64,000 nucleotides of DNA from an uncultured Eubacteriales bacterium. GTDB taxonomy: Bacteria > Bacillota > Clostridia > Oscillospirales > CAG-272. This document shows, piece after piece, positions 48,653-58,222 of this stretch (within the stretch, counting starts at the first letter, position 1; each line of letters starts with the position of its first letter). A model generated the notes under the pieces. It did no database searches. It was not told where the DNA came from and worked only from the letters and a program-made list of their open reading frames with translations. Made by a program: the position numbers and the translations under genes. The DNA is taken from positions 240 to 64,239 of the forward strand of contig URMC01000001.1 in NCBI GenBank assembly GCA_900548735.1, in the 5' to 3' direction.

Positions 48653-50821
48653 ATGGCAATTTTCTTTGACGAACAAAATAAAATCTTCTACCTGGAAGGC
48701 AAAAACACCACATATGCCTTCGGCATTCACCCCTGCGGGTGCCTGCAACACCTGTACTACGGCAAAAAAGTGGGGAGAGACGACCTGCACTATATCGCGG
48801 CGGAGGGTCCCAGCGCCTTTGCCCTGCGCTCCCCGGAGGACAAAAAAACCAGTTATCAGCATATCTGGGCGGAAGCGCCCGCTTACGGGCGCGGGGATTT
48901 CCGGGAGCCGATGTACGCCATCCGGGACGAGAAAGGCGACCGGCTGTCGGAACTGGTTTATGTGCGGCATGAAATCCTTCCGGAAAAACCGATGCCGGCA
49001 GGGCTCCCCGCGCTTCGCGAGGGCGAGACGCTGATGGTGGAGCTTGCCGACAAGGTGCACCCCTTTACCGTACGCCTGTACTACACTGTTTATGACGATC
49101 TGGACGCAATGGCGCGCCGAGTGGAATATATCAACAACGGCGAGAGTGCGATGTTCCTTGACCGGGCATTCAGCTTTTCGGTGGATCTGCCCCGCAGTGA
49201 TTTTGACGTCATTACCCCTTACGGCGCGTGGGCAAAGGAATTTCAGCTGGATCGCACCCCGATCCGCCACGGCGTAACCGAGATCGGCTCCAAATACGGC
49301 GCAACCTCCGCCACCACCAACCCGTTTCTGATTCTTGCCGCCGACGGCGCCGACGAACACCGGGGGGAGGTTTACGGCTTCAATCTCATTTTCTCCGGCT
49401 CCTTTGCAATGAAAGCAGAGCTTTCCATGATGGGCACCGTGCGGGTGCTGGGCGGCGCGCCGGACTTTGATTTTTCGTGGAAACTGGAAAAAGGCGAGTG
49501 CTTCCCCTCGCCGGAGGTAGTGATGGTCTACTCCGACGAGGGGCTGAACGGGATGTCCCATCAGTTCCACGACACGTATCGCCGCCATCTGATCAATCCG
49601 CGCTATGTGCACGCCAAGCGCCCGGTGCTGATCAACAGCTGGGAGGGTGCGTACTTCAACTTTGACAACGAGCGGCTGATGAAAATGATTGACGGCATCA
49701 AGGGCACCGGCGTGGATATGTTTGTGCTGGATGACGGCTGGTTCGGCGCCCGGAACGGGGACAAAGCCGGGCTTGGTGACTGGGTAGTCAATGAGAACAA
49801 GCTGAAAGGCGGGCTGAAAACCGTAATTGACTACACGCACGCCGCGGGAATGAAATTCGGGCTGTGGTTTGAGCCGGAAATGGTCAACCCCGACTCCGAT
49901 CTTTACCGCGCCCACCCGGACTATGCGATTCACTGCCCCGGTCACGACCCGATGCTCGGCAGAAACCAGCTGGTGCTGGATCTGACCCGCGCGGACGTGC
50001 GGGATTATATCGTAGAAGCGGTCTCCAAAGTGCTACGGGAAAACGAAATCGACTATGTGAAATGGGATTTCAACCGTTCCGTGGCGGAAAACTACAGTTC
50101 CCACCTCCCTGCCGACCGACAGATGGAATTCCAATACCGTTTTGCCCTCGGGTTCTTTGACCTTTGCGAGCGGCTGGTCAACGGGTTCCCCCACATCTTC
50201 TTTGAGGGATGCAGTGGCGGCGGCGCACGGTTTGACGCGGGACTGATGTACTACTTCCCCCAGATCTGGACCTCGGACGACACGGACGCTTATATGCGCA
50301 CCCTGATTCAGTACGGCGCTTCGATGATTTATCCGCTTTCCGTGCACTCCTGCCACGTTTCCGCCTGCCCCAACCATCAGGCAAAACACACCACCCCGTT
50401 TGCCACCCGCGCCGACATTGCACACCTGGGTGCCACGGGATATGAGTTGGATCCCGCCGTCATCAGCGAGGAAGAGCGGGCACAGATTGCGGAGCAGGTT
50501 GCGGCATACCACGAGATGGAAGATCTGGTGTTGGAGGGCGATCTTTACCGCCTTTCCTCCACGGCAAACTCCAATTTCTTTGCCGAGGAGCTGGTCTCCA
50601 AAGACAAAGCAAAAGCCCTGCTGACCGCAATGCGCGCCATCCCGATTGTCAATGACGAAATCCGGACGGTTTACCCGAAAGGGCTGGATGAGAACACGGT
50701 TTACCACATCCGGGAGCTGAATATTGACCTGCACGGCAGCACAATCATGAACGCCGGGCTGAAACTCCGCTTCCCCAACGGAGACTATGCCAGCGCCGTG
50801 TGGCATATGGAAAAGGTTTAA
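48653..50821 (+). CDS. alpha-galactosidase (GH36)
   Basis: FVLDDGWFGARNGDKAGLGDW, YVKWDFNR and FEGCSGGGARFD motifs. Start MAIFFDEQNKIFYLEG. Confidence 0.9.
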   Translation: MAIFFDEQNKIFYLEGKNTTYAFGIHPCGCLQHLYYGKKVGRDDLHYIAAEGPSAFALRSPEDKKTSYQHIWAEAPAYGRGDFREPMYAIRDEKGDRLSELVYVRHEILPEKPMPAGLPALREGETLMVELADKVHPFTVRLYYTVYDDLDAMARRVEYINNGESAMFLDRAFSFSVDLPRSDFDVITPYGAWAKEFQLDRTPIRHGVTEIGSKYGATSATTNPFLILAADGADEHRGEVYGFNLIFSGSFAMKAELSMMGTVRVLGGAPDFDFSWKLEKGECFPSPEVVMVYSDEGLNGMSHQFHDTYRRHLINPRYVHAKRPVLINSWEGAYFNFDNERLMKMIDGIKGTGVDMFVLDDGWFGARNGDKAGLGDWVVNENKLKGGLKTVIDYTHAAGMKFGLWFEPEMVNPDSDLYRAHPDYAIHCPGHDPMLGRNQLVLDLTRADVRDYIVEAVSKVLRENEIDYVKWDFNRSVAENYSSHLPADRQMEFQYRFALGFFDLCERLVNGFPHIFFEGCSGGGARFDAGLMYYFPQIWTSDDTDAYMRTLIQYGASMIYPLSVHSCHVSACPNHQAKHTTPFATRADIAHLGATGYELDPAVISEEERAQIAEQVAAYHEMEDLVLEGDLYRLSSTANSNFFAEELVSKDKAKALLTAMRAIPIVNDEIRTVYPKGLDENTVYHIRELNIDLHGSTIMNAGLKLRFPNGDYASAVWHMEKV

Positions 50822-50940
50822 AGGATTCTCAAAACAAAAAAGCGCCCCCGCAAGCCGGGTTCCGGCTTGCGGGGGTGCTAGCATAAGTGAATAAGTGAGA
50901 GGTTTACCACCAGCAAGGCTCCCTTGTGTAAAGGGAGCTG

Positions 50941-51309
50941 TCAGCGAAGCTGACTGAGGGATTGTTTCACGAGTTGCTCAATATACTCGCACACGCCCCG
51001 GAAATTCTGATGTATTTCCCTGTTTGTAATTCTGATTACCGTGATTCCATATGCCTGTAAAAATGCGGTTCTTTCTTCATCGTATTGTCTGCCGTCATCG
51101 GTATAATGCCCCGACCCGTCAAGTTCGATGATGAGTTTTGCTTCGGCACAATAAAAATCGGCGATATATTTTCCCAGCACCTTTTGGCGGGAAAAACGGA
51201 CGGGGTATGTGCGCAAAAAATCATACCACAGATGGCTTTCTTCTTTGGTCATATTCTTCCGCAGGATTTTAGCGGTGGGAACGATGCTTTTGTTGTGTTT
51301 TCGTAGCAT
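50941..51309 (-). CDS. DUF559 (Vsr-like endonuclease fold) protein
   Basis: LRKNMTKEESHLWYDFLR...FSRQKVLGKYIADFYCAEAKLIIELDGSGH...ERTAFLQAYGITVIRITNREI. ATG 51309 follows GGAGGGA. Confidence 0.8.
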   Translation of the reverse strand: MLRKHNKSIVPTAKILRKNMTKEESHLWYDFLRTYPVRFSRQKVLGKYIADFYCAEAKLIIELDGSGHYTDDGRQYDEERTAFLQAYGITVIRITNREIHQNFRGVCEYIEQLVKQSLSQLR

Positions 51310-51426
51310 TACAATCCCTCCGTCACGCTTTGCGTGCCACCTCCCTTTACACAAGGGAGGCTTATTTGAGTGATAGCAAGATATGATCTTCTGTGCAAAA
51401 GTCCGGGAAAAGTATCCCGGACTTTG

Positions 51427-52128
51427 TTACAGTTCCTCTACCGAGACCACGCCGCCGATGCCGGCAAGGGCGGTCATCAGTTTATCCTGCGTCATTTTGC
51501 GGGGCAGATCCAGCGAGAAGATGGCACACGGATTTTGCGTTGCCGCGCCGGATTTGGTGACTTGCAGGTCGCTGACGCTGACATTGTGCGTCCGCAGATA
51601 CTCGGTCATTTCAAACAGCGCGCCGCTCTCGCGGTACTCCACATACAGGTTCAGGGTCTTTGCCGTGGACATGATGAACCACTCAAAGCGCGCCAACAGT
51701 GACTCCACCAACAGGATCATCAAGGTGGCAAGCACTGCCGCCTCCACGTATCCGGCGCCGATGGCAAGCCCCACGATGGCAGAGACCCAAAGCCCTGCCG
51801 CGGTGGTCAGCCCTTTGACCTGACGGCGGCGGGTCACGATGATGGTGCCGGCGCCGATAAAACCGATGCCCGCAATCACCTGCGCGCCAAGACGCCCAAG
51901 GTCGGTAAACATATTCATTTCCAGATACATATACTGGCTGATCAGCGTGGTCATGGAAGCACCAAGGCAGATCAGAATATGGGTTCTAAAGCCCGCCGGG
52001 CGGCGCTTATACTCACGCTCGATCCCGATCAACCCGCCGCAGATCACCGCAAGAACCATACGGAGAAACGCGCCCCAAATATGAAAATTACCATCCGTAA
52101 AGCGGATAAAATTCAAGAAATTTTCCAC
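51427..52128 (-). CDS. MgtC/SapB family protein
   Basis: VICGGLIGIEREYKRRPAGFRTHILICLGASM, plus a C-terminal ACT-like soluble domain. Confidence 0.85.
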   Translation of the reverse strand: MENFLNFIRFTDGNFHIWGAFLRMVLAVICGGLIGIEREYKRRPAGFRTHILICLGASMTTLISQYMYLEMNMFTDLGRLGAQVIAGIGFIGAGTIIVTRRRQVKGLTTAAGLWVSAIVGLAIGAGYVEAAVLATLMILLVESLLARFEWFIMSTAKTLNLYVEYRESGALFEMTEYLRTHNVSVSDLQVTKSGAATQNPCAIFSLDLPRKMTQDKLMTALAGIGGVVSVEEL

Positions 52129-52140
52129 TGCCGTTCCCCC

Positions 52141-52878
52141 TTACAGTTCTTCGATTGCGCGGACGTTTTCGACCGACGCCAGCACGGACATCACTTCGGT
52201 ATGCGTCATACGTTTGGGCAAACGCACCGAAAACACGGCGCTTTGATTGACCCCGACGGTTTTGTGCTTTTGAATTTCCACGTCAAATATGCGGATCTCC
52301 TGCGCCTTGATAGCGGTGATGATAGCGCCGAGATCGTCGATGTTCGGGAACTCTACATATATATTCAGGTTGCGCGCGCGGGAAAGAATGGCGCGCTCCA
52401 TCCGGCTGAACACGATGATCGTTAAGATAATCAATACACAGCCGAACAGCGCCCCTTCCGCAAAGCCTGCCCCGATGCAAAGCCCCATGCAGGCAGAAGC
52501 CCAAAGCCCCGCCGCGGTGGTCAGCCCTTTGACCTGCTGCTGACCGGTGACGATGATGGTGCCGGCACCGAGGAAACCGATGCCGTTGATGACCTGCGCG
52601 CCAAGACGTGACGCGTCGGTATAATGCTGCCCGTCAAAGGAAACCAGCGCGTTCCAGTACCCATCTACCATCATATTGAGATACTGGCTGATCAGCATGG
52701 CAAGCGCCGCGCCGATACAGACCAGCATATGGGTGCGGAAACCCGCCGGGCGCCGCTTGCGCCCGCGCTCCAACCCGATGCACCCGCCGCAGAACGCGGC
52801 GATGGCCAGGCGGAAGAGCGCCACCCAGAATGCGTTGTCGTATGTAACGACCCGTAACGGGTCTAAAAATGCAATCAT
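52141..52878 (-). CDS. MgtC/SapB family protein (tandem paralog)
   Basis: FCGGCIGLERGRKRRPAGFRTHMLVCIGAAL. It has the same architecture as its neighbour. Confidence 0.85.
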   Translation of the reverse strand: MIAFLDPLRVVTYDNAFWVALFRLAIAAFCGGCIGLERGRKRRPAGFRTHMLVCIGAALAMLISQYLNMMVDGYWNALVSFDGQHYTDASRLGAQVINGIGFLGAGTIIVTGQQQVKGLTTAAGLWASACMGLCIGAGFAEGALFGCVLIILTIIVFSRMERAILSRARNLNIYVEFPNIDDLGAIITAIKAQEIRIFDVEIQKHKTVGVNQSAVFSVRLPKRMTHTEVMSVLASVENVRAIEEL

Positions 52879-52905
52879 TTCGCTTATGCCTTTCCTGAAG
52901 CGGTT

Positions 52906-54279
52906 TTACTCCGCCGTCAACATGATCGGAATCTCCAGTGTTTTGCCGTCCCGGTAAACCGTCAGCGTTACGCTCTCGCCCTCGCCGTACCGGTTGACCG
53001 CGCTGACCATATCCGAGGTGCCGCGCACAATCAGCCCGTTTACGCGCATGATGATGTCCCCCTCGCGCAGTTTGAGTTTGGCGTCGGGGTTGCTGATACT
53101 CATCACATAAATGCCGGATTCCGCCATATAATGATAGCCCGCCTTTTCGGTATCGGACGACTCGATGACATTGGTGGTGCTGTCCGCAGGGGAATACCAT
53201 TTCCCTTTCACACCGCCGTGCCCGGTAATGCCGACCAGCGTTTTTCCGCTGACAAAGGGGTTTTCGCCGGTGAAAGAGCCTTTTTGAATAATCTCGTCCG
53301 CCACCACGCGCACCCCGTCAATCGGAAGTGCGAAACCGATCCCTTCAAACACGGAGCCGCCGTATTGCGACACTTTCATCACCACCACGCCGACCACCTT
53401 GCCGTACATATCCAGCAAAGGACCGCCGGAGTTGCCGGGGTTGACGCTGACGTCGGTCTGAATCAGAGTCATCTTTTTCGTGACGCTGCCGTTTGCATCC
53501 GTCATCTGCACCAGCCGTTTGGGGCAGGAGACCGAACCGAAGGTTGCCGTGCCGGCATAGTCCAGTTTTGCCGGCGTGCCGACCGCCACCACGCTGTCTC
53601 CGGTCAGGAGTGCGTCAGAAGAGCCGAGCGCCAGCGGCACCGGCGCTTTTTCCGCCGGAATCTTCAGCACCGCAATGTCGGACGCCGCGTCACTGCCGAC
53701 CAGCGTCGCGTCCACCGCGGTTCCGTCCGCCAGCACCACCTGCACCGCGGCGGTCCCATCCTCTGCCATGTCTTCAATCACGTGGTGATTGGTCACAATA
53801 TGCCCGTCCGCCGTGTACACAAAGCCGGAGCCGGTCACCGTGCCGTTGGCAAGTTTGACCTGAATCGTGACCGTGGATTTCCGCCCCACGTCCGCCGCTT
53901 CGTTCGGGGTGAGGAGACCGCTTGCAGGGTCGTATTCTTTCACATAAACCGTGCGGTCGGTATCGGTATGAATGTCGCGGATGATCTTAAAACCCGCTTT
54001 GCCGAGCACAAATGTCAGAAGCAGCAACAGCACGCACACCCCGCCGAAGATACCGAACAGCAGGGCAAATGTTTTTTTACTGCCGCGCGGCTCGCTCGCC
54101 GCCTCTGTTTTGCCGTAATCAAACGCCAGCGCCGGCGCGGGGGTTTCCGGGGTCACAGGAGCTTCCGCGGTCACCGGGGTTTCCGGGGTCTGTCCGTCCG
54201 CTTCTGTCACAGCCGGCTCAAAAGATTGTTGCCCTTCGGGCTGCATCCCCGCTTCACGGGGGTCTTTTTCTTCGTTCAT
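52906..54279 (-). CDS. htrA: HtrA/DegP-type S1C serine protease with PDZ domain
   Basis: HIVTNHHVI (His), DIAVLKI (Asp), NPGNSGGPLLD (Ser), with a C-terminal PDZ. ATG 54279 overlaps the kinase stop (ATGA). Confidence 0.9.
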   Translation of the reverse strand: MNEEKDPREAGMQPEGQQSFEPAVTEADGQTPETPVTAEAPVTPETPAPALAFDYGKTEAASEPRGSKKTFALLFGIFGGVCVLLLLLTFVLGKAGFKIIRDIHTDTDRTVYVKEYDPASGLLTPNEAADVGRKSTVTIQVKLANGTVTGSGFVYTADGHIVTNHHVIEDMAEDGTAAVQVVLADGTAVDATLVGSDAASDIAVLKIPAEKAPVPLALGSSDALLTGDSVVAVGTPAKLDYAGTATFGSVSCPKRLVQMTDANGSVTKKMTLIQTDVSVNPGNSGGPLLDMYGKVVGVVVMKVSQYGGSVFEGIGFALPIDGVRVVADEIIQKGSFTGENPFVSGKTLVGITGHGGVKGKWYSPADSTTNVIESSDTEKAGYHYMAESGIYVMSISNPDAKLKLREGDIIMRVNGLIVRGTSDMVSAVNRYGEGESVTLTVYRDGKTLEIPIMLTAE

Positions 54280-55766
54280 TCTGTTCCTTTCCGCAAAACT
54301 GCACTTTCCCGGTTGCACAGCGGCAATGTAAAATCAAACTGACAGTACTTGCCCTGCTCACTGCTGACCGTGATTTTTTCGTGGTGTGCATCCATAATGG
54401 TTTTGGCAATAAACAGCCCGAGACCTACGCCGCTTTTATCCAGCCCCCGGCTTTTGTCGCCCTTATAAAAACGTTCAAACACAAACGGCAGATCTGCCGC
54501 GGCGATCCCCTCGCCTTCATTGTATACAGACACCATCACGTGCCTGTCCTTCATCTCGTGCAGGGAAAGGCGAAGCGCCCCGCCCTCTCTTGAAAATTTT
54601 ACGGCGTTATCACAGATATTATACAGGATCTGATAAATTGCGTCATGGTCGGCAAGCACCTCCATGCGCTCCTCGTCACATTCAAACGCCACATCCAGGT
54701 GCTTCTGCTCGATCTTTGCCTCAAAGGAAATGAGAATCAGGCGCGCCATTTCGCAGATGTCAAACGGCTTCATCTCAAATTTGCGGTCACCCGCCTGAAT
54801 TCTGGAAATATCCAGAAGGGACGAGACAAGGCGTGCCAGCCGCTGTACCTCGGTGCGGATCAGCCCCAGATAGTAATTCTGCTTCTCCGGCGGGATGGCA
54901 CCCGAGAGAATATTGTCGATAAACCCGGAGATCGTAGTCATCGGCGTGCGCAGGTCATGTGATACGTTTGCCATAAAGGTATTCCGCATCACCTCCAGGT
55001 GAGAGAGCGACTCCGCCATATTGTTGAAAGCGACCGCCAGCTCCGCCACCTCGTCCTTGCCGCGCACCGGCACACGGACGTCAAAATTACCCGAGGCAAA
55101 TTCCTTTGCCATCCGGCTCATATCCCGCAGAGGGCTGATCACCTTCTCGGTAATGATATACACCGCTACCAGTGCCGCCAGCATCACCCAAAGCGACCCC
55201 ACAATCACCGTGCGCACCATCAGGGTCAGCAGTTCGTTCAGCGTGGCGGAGCTGGAGCAGGCAAACACCGTGCCGCACACATAGCCGTCCGCGGTGTAAA
55301 CCGGCACGGTATAAAACAGCTGATCGGAATCAAAAATCCCGTCCAACCCCTTGAACTCGGATAATTCCACCCCGTTGTTGACTTCATCCATCACGGATTT
55401 CGGGATGGAAACCGGTGTTTCCAGCGCGCCGGAGCCGGTTTTGGTTGCCTTGCGGAGCACCGTGCCGTTGTTATCCACCAGCAGGATGGTCATATCCTCC
55501 CCCGTGGATGCCATGGCAGTGAGAATCCGGTCCGTATCCGCCGCATGCTTTTCCAGCATTTTATTGAAATCGGTAGTAAGGCTTGCGCCGGTCTGCCCCC
55601 CGAGATACTCCGCCGTAGTGTGCGCCGCGTTGGAAAGCAAAGCCTCCTTTGCATTGAGCGCATAGCTGTTGACCATGGAGGTGATAATCACCACCAGGAT
55701 AAGAAAGCTGACGCAGATGATCGACATAAAGGTGACAATGTATTTTGCAAATACGCTTTTGAACAT
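54276..55766 (-). CDS. sensor histidine kinase (TM-sensor-TM, HAMP, HisKA, HATPase)
   Basis: H-box VSHDLRTPMTTISGF, N-box YNICDNAVKFS, G-boxes GVGLGL. Confidence 0.9.
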   Translation of the reverse strand: MFKSVFAKYIVTFMSIICVSFLILVVIITSMVNSYALNAKEALLSNAAHTTAEYLGGQTGASLTTDFNKMLEKHAADTDRILTAMASTGEDMTILLVDNNGTVLRKATKTGSGALETPVSIPKSVMDEVNNGVELSEFKGLDGIFDSDQLFYTVPVYTADGYVCGTVFACSSSATLNELLTLMVRTVIVGSLWVMLAALVAVYIITEKVISPLRDMSRMAKEFASGNFDVRVPVRGKDEVAELAVAFNNMAESLSHLEVMRNTFMANVSHDLRTPMTTISGFIDNILSGAIPPEKQNYYLGLIRTEVQRLARLVSSLLDISRIQAGDRKFEMKPFDICEMARLILISFEAKIEQKHLDVAFECDEERMEVLADHDAIYQILYNICDNAVKFSREGGALRLSLHEMKDRHVMVSVYNEGEGIAAADLPFVFERFYKGDKSRGLDKSGVGLGLFIAKTIMDAHHEKITVSSEQGKYCQFDFTLPLCNRESAVLRKGTE

Positions 55767-55845
55767 TCCGCCCCCGCCTTTTCAAGGTCTGTAAGAGAAG
55801 TGCCGCTGCAAAAGCGTTTTTGCGGCGGCACCGTCCTCTTATCTG

Positions 55846-56538
55846 TCAATTATAAAGTTCAAATTTATAGCCGATGCCCCAAACGGTCTTCAGCGCCCAT
55901 TTGTCCGAAACGCCCTCCAGCTTCTCCCGCAGGCGCTTGATATGTACGTCTACGGTGCGGCTGTCGCCGAGAAACGCAAAATCCCACACATGCTCCAGCA
56001 GCTGCTCGCGGCTGAACACATGGTTCGGGTTGGAAGCAAGGCAATACAGCAGCTGCAGTTCCTTCGGAGGAATATCCACCTTTTTGCCCTTCAGTTTCAG
56101 TTCAAATTTCTCCTGGCTGATCTCAAAATTATCAAACTTGATCACATCGCCGTCTTCCTGCCCGACATGGGATTGATAACGGCGAAGCACTGCCTTGATG
56201 CGTGCCGACAGCTCCTTGAGGTCAAAGGGCTTCACCACATAGTCGTCCGCCCCCATCTCCAGTGCCAGCACCTTATCAAACGCCTCACCCTTTGCCGACA
56301 GCATAATCACCGGCTTGGAGGACTCCTTGCGGATCTCCGCCAGCATCTGCTGCCCGTCCATCTTCGGCATCATGATATCCAGCAGGACAAGATCAGGGGA
56401 ATTGGCTTTGAACGCGGCAAGTCCTTCCACCCCGTCCGACGCGGTAATGACTTCGCAGCTTTCTTTTTCAAAATGGGTTTTCAGGATGTCGCAGATATTC
56501 GCGTCATCGTCTACCACAAGAATTTTCGTCCCTACCAT
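55846..56538 (-). CDS. OmpR-family response regulator
   Basis: Start MVGTKILVVDDD follows GGGAGGA. Receiver Asp is in LVLLDIMMP. The winged helix includes RTVDVHIKRLREKL. Confidence 0.9.
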   Translation of the reverse strand: MVGTKILVVDDDANICDILKTHFEKESCEVITASDGVEGLAAFKANSPDLVLLDIMMPKMDGQQMLAEIRKESSKPVIMLSAKGEAFDKVLALEMGADDYVVKPFDLKELSARIKAVLRRYQSHVGQEDGDVIKFDNFEISQEKFELKLKGKKVDIPPKELQLLYCLASNPNHVFSREQLLEHVWDFAFLGDSRTVDVHIKRLREKLEGVSDKWALKTVWGIGYKFELYN

Positions 56539-56749
56539 TTTATCCTCCCGAAATCCGCACACAGCGGAAATTTTAACTCCTGCCGCGGTATTTTGCAAAA
56601 AAGCGCAAATATACTCAACTTATATTGTATTGTAACATATTTTTTTCTGTTTGAAAAGGGGTTTTTCAAAAAAGATTTCATTTTTCTTGACGGAAAAGTC
56701 GGAATATGATAACATATCAGGTGAAATTCAGAGGTGCGTGGAGGTCAGA

Positions 56750-58054
56750 ATGTATCGGATCACAAAAGAAGCCCCTGTCAGCGGGCATTATGATCTCGTC
56801 GTGATCGGCGGCGGTCCCTCCGGGCTGATGTGCGCCATTACCGCCGCGCGGCTCGGTTGCCGGGTGGCGCTGGCAGAGCGGTTCGGCTTTCTCGGCGGCA
56901 CTGCGGCGGGCGGATATGTGTTGCCGATCAGCGGTTTTTATCTCGGCGGGCGGCAGGTAGTAGGCGGAATCCCGTTTGAGTTTGTGAAGCGCATGGAGGC
57001 GCTGGGCGGGGCGGCGTTTGAATATCCCAAAGGCAACGTTTCGTTCTCCCCGGAGGTCTATAAGCTGGTGGCACAGGAAATGCTGACCGAAGCAGGGGTG
57101 GAGGTTTACACCAACGCTTATCTCACCGATGCGGCAGTGTGCGACGGGCGGATTCTTGCCGCAATCCTCGAAACCAAAAGCGGCGCCGCGGCAATCGAAG
57201 CGGACGTGTTTGCGGACGCCACCGGAGACGGCGACCTTGCCCGCCTTGCCGGCGCGGAAATGTTGCCCGCCCCCGCCGAGGGACTGCAGCCGATGTCGCT
57301 TTGCTTTTTGCTGGGCGGAGTGGATACGACCACGCCGCTGTTGCGGGATTGTATTCATCACGACGGGAAAACCGGCGCCTCCGTCAACAAAACGATTCGG
57401 GCGCTTCTGCAAAAGGAAGCCGGAAGCGGTTTTGCCCGCTTCGGGGGTCCCTGGTTCAACGTGACGCTTTGCGGGGATGTGCTGGCGGTCAATGTAACGC
57501 GCGCCGGGGCGGACGCCTGTGACGGCAAGGCTTTACAGGATGCGGAATTTGCCATGCGCCGGGAGATGTTTGCCATTGTCGCGGTACTGCGGCGCGCGTA
57601 TCGGGAGTTTGAAAACTGTTACATCATCTCCTCTGCGCCGCTGGTCGGTATCCGCGAAACACGGCACATCCGTGGCGCTTACACCATGACGGGCGACGAC
57701 CTTCTGCTGGCGCGGCGTTTCCCCGATTGCGTGGCGCTGTGCGCGCACCCGGTGGACATTCACAACACCGCGGACGGCACGCAGATCTGCAAGCGCCTGG
57801 AACGCGCGGCGGGCGTGCCCTATCGCGCGATGTACAGCCCTGCGGTGAAAAATCTGCTTTGCCCCAGCCGGTGCGTCTCTGCCGAGCGGGTGGCGTATGC
57901 TTCCCTGCGCGTGCAGGCAACGCTGATGGCGCTGGGGCAGGCGGCAGGCGTGGCGGCGGCGCTGTGCCGCCGCACCGGGAACGGTGATGTGGCGGCGGTG
58001 GACACCCCGGCGCTCTTACGGGAACTGCACGCCCTTGGCGGTATCACGGAATAA
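56750..58054 (+). CDS. FAD-dependent oxidoreductase
   Basis: Dinucleotide-binding motif DLVVIGGGPSGLMCAITAARLG. ATG 56750 follows GGAGGT. Confidence 0.8.
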   Translation: MYRITKEAPVSGHYDLVVIGGGPSGLMCAITAARLGCRVALAERFGFLGGTAAGGYVLPISGFYLGGRQVVGGIPFEFVKRMEALGGAAFEYPKGNVSFSPEVYKLVAQEMLTEAGVEVYTNAYLTDAAVCDGRILAAILETKSGAAAIEADVFADATGDGDLARLAGAEMLPAPAEGLQPMSLCFLLGGVDTTTPLLRDCIHHDGKTGASVNKTIRALLQKEAGSGFARFGGPWFNVTLCGDVLAVNVTRAGADACDGKALQDAEFAMRREMFAIVAVLRRAYREFENCYIISSAPLVGIRETRHIRGAYTMTGDDLLLARRFPDCVALCAHPVDIHNTADGTQICKRLERAAGVPYRAMYSPAVKNLLCPSRCVSAERVAYASLRVQATLMALGQAAGVAAALCRRTGNGDVAAVDTPALLRELHALGGITE

Positions 58055-58222
58055 TCCGGCGCCCGGAAAGCCCGCATTTTGCGGGCTTTCCGGGCTTTTT
58101 TGCAGGCGCTTTGGAAAATCCGACGTTTTTTTGCGCACGGCTCTTGCCAAAACCGGAAAATTGCGGTATAATGATATGATGTATGAGTATGCCGCGCAAG
58201 CGGACAAACGAGGAGAAACAAT

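Noticed and set aside
48494-49945. 483-aa minus-strand ORF, together with 50033..50884(-).
   Set aside because: They lie antisense to the GH36 alpha-galactosidase, which carries the DDGWFG, KWDFN and EGCSGGG motifs.
51427-52878. Tandem MgtC/SapB genes as something unusual.
   Set aside because: This is a straightforward tandem paralog pair with the same architecture, and nothing else is odd in the sequence.
53131-54342. 403-aa plus-strand ORF, together with 58016..59152(-), 6437..7330(+), 24794..25528(-) and 11649..12788(-).
   Set aside because: All lie antisense to confidently identified genes (htrA, ychF, the ABC permease, the LexA-like gene, hsdM). All have skewed, motif-free composition.
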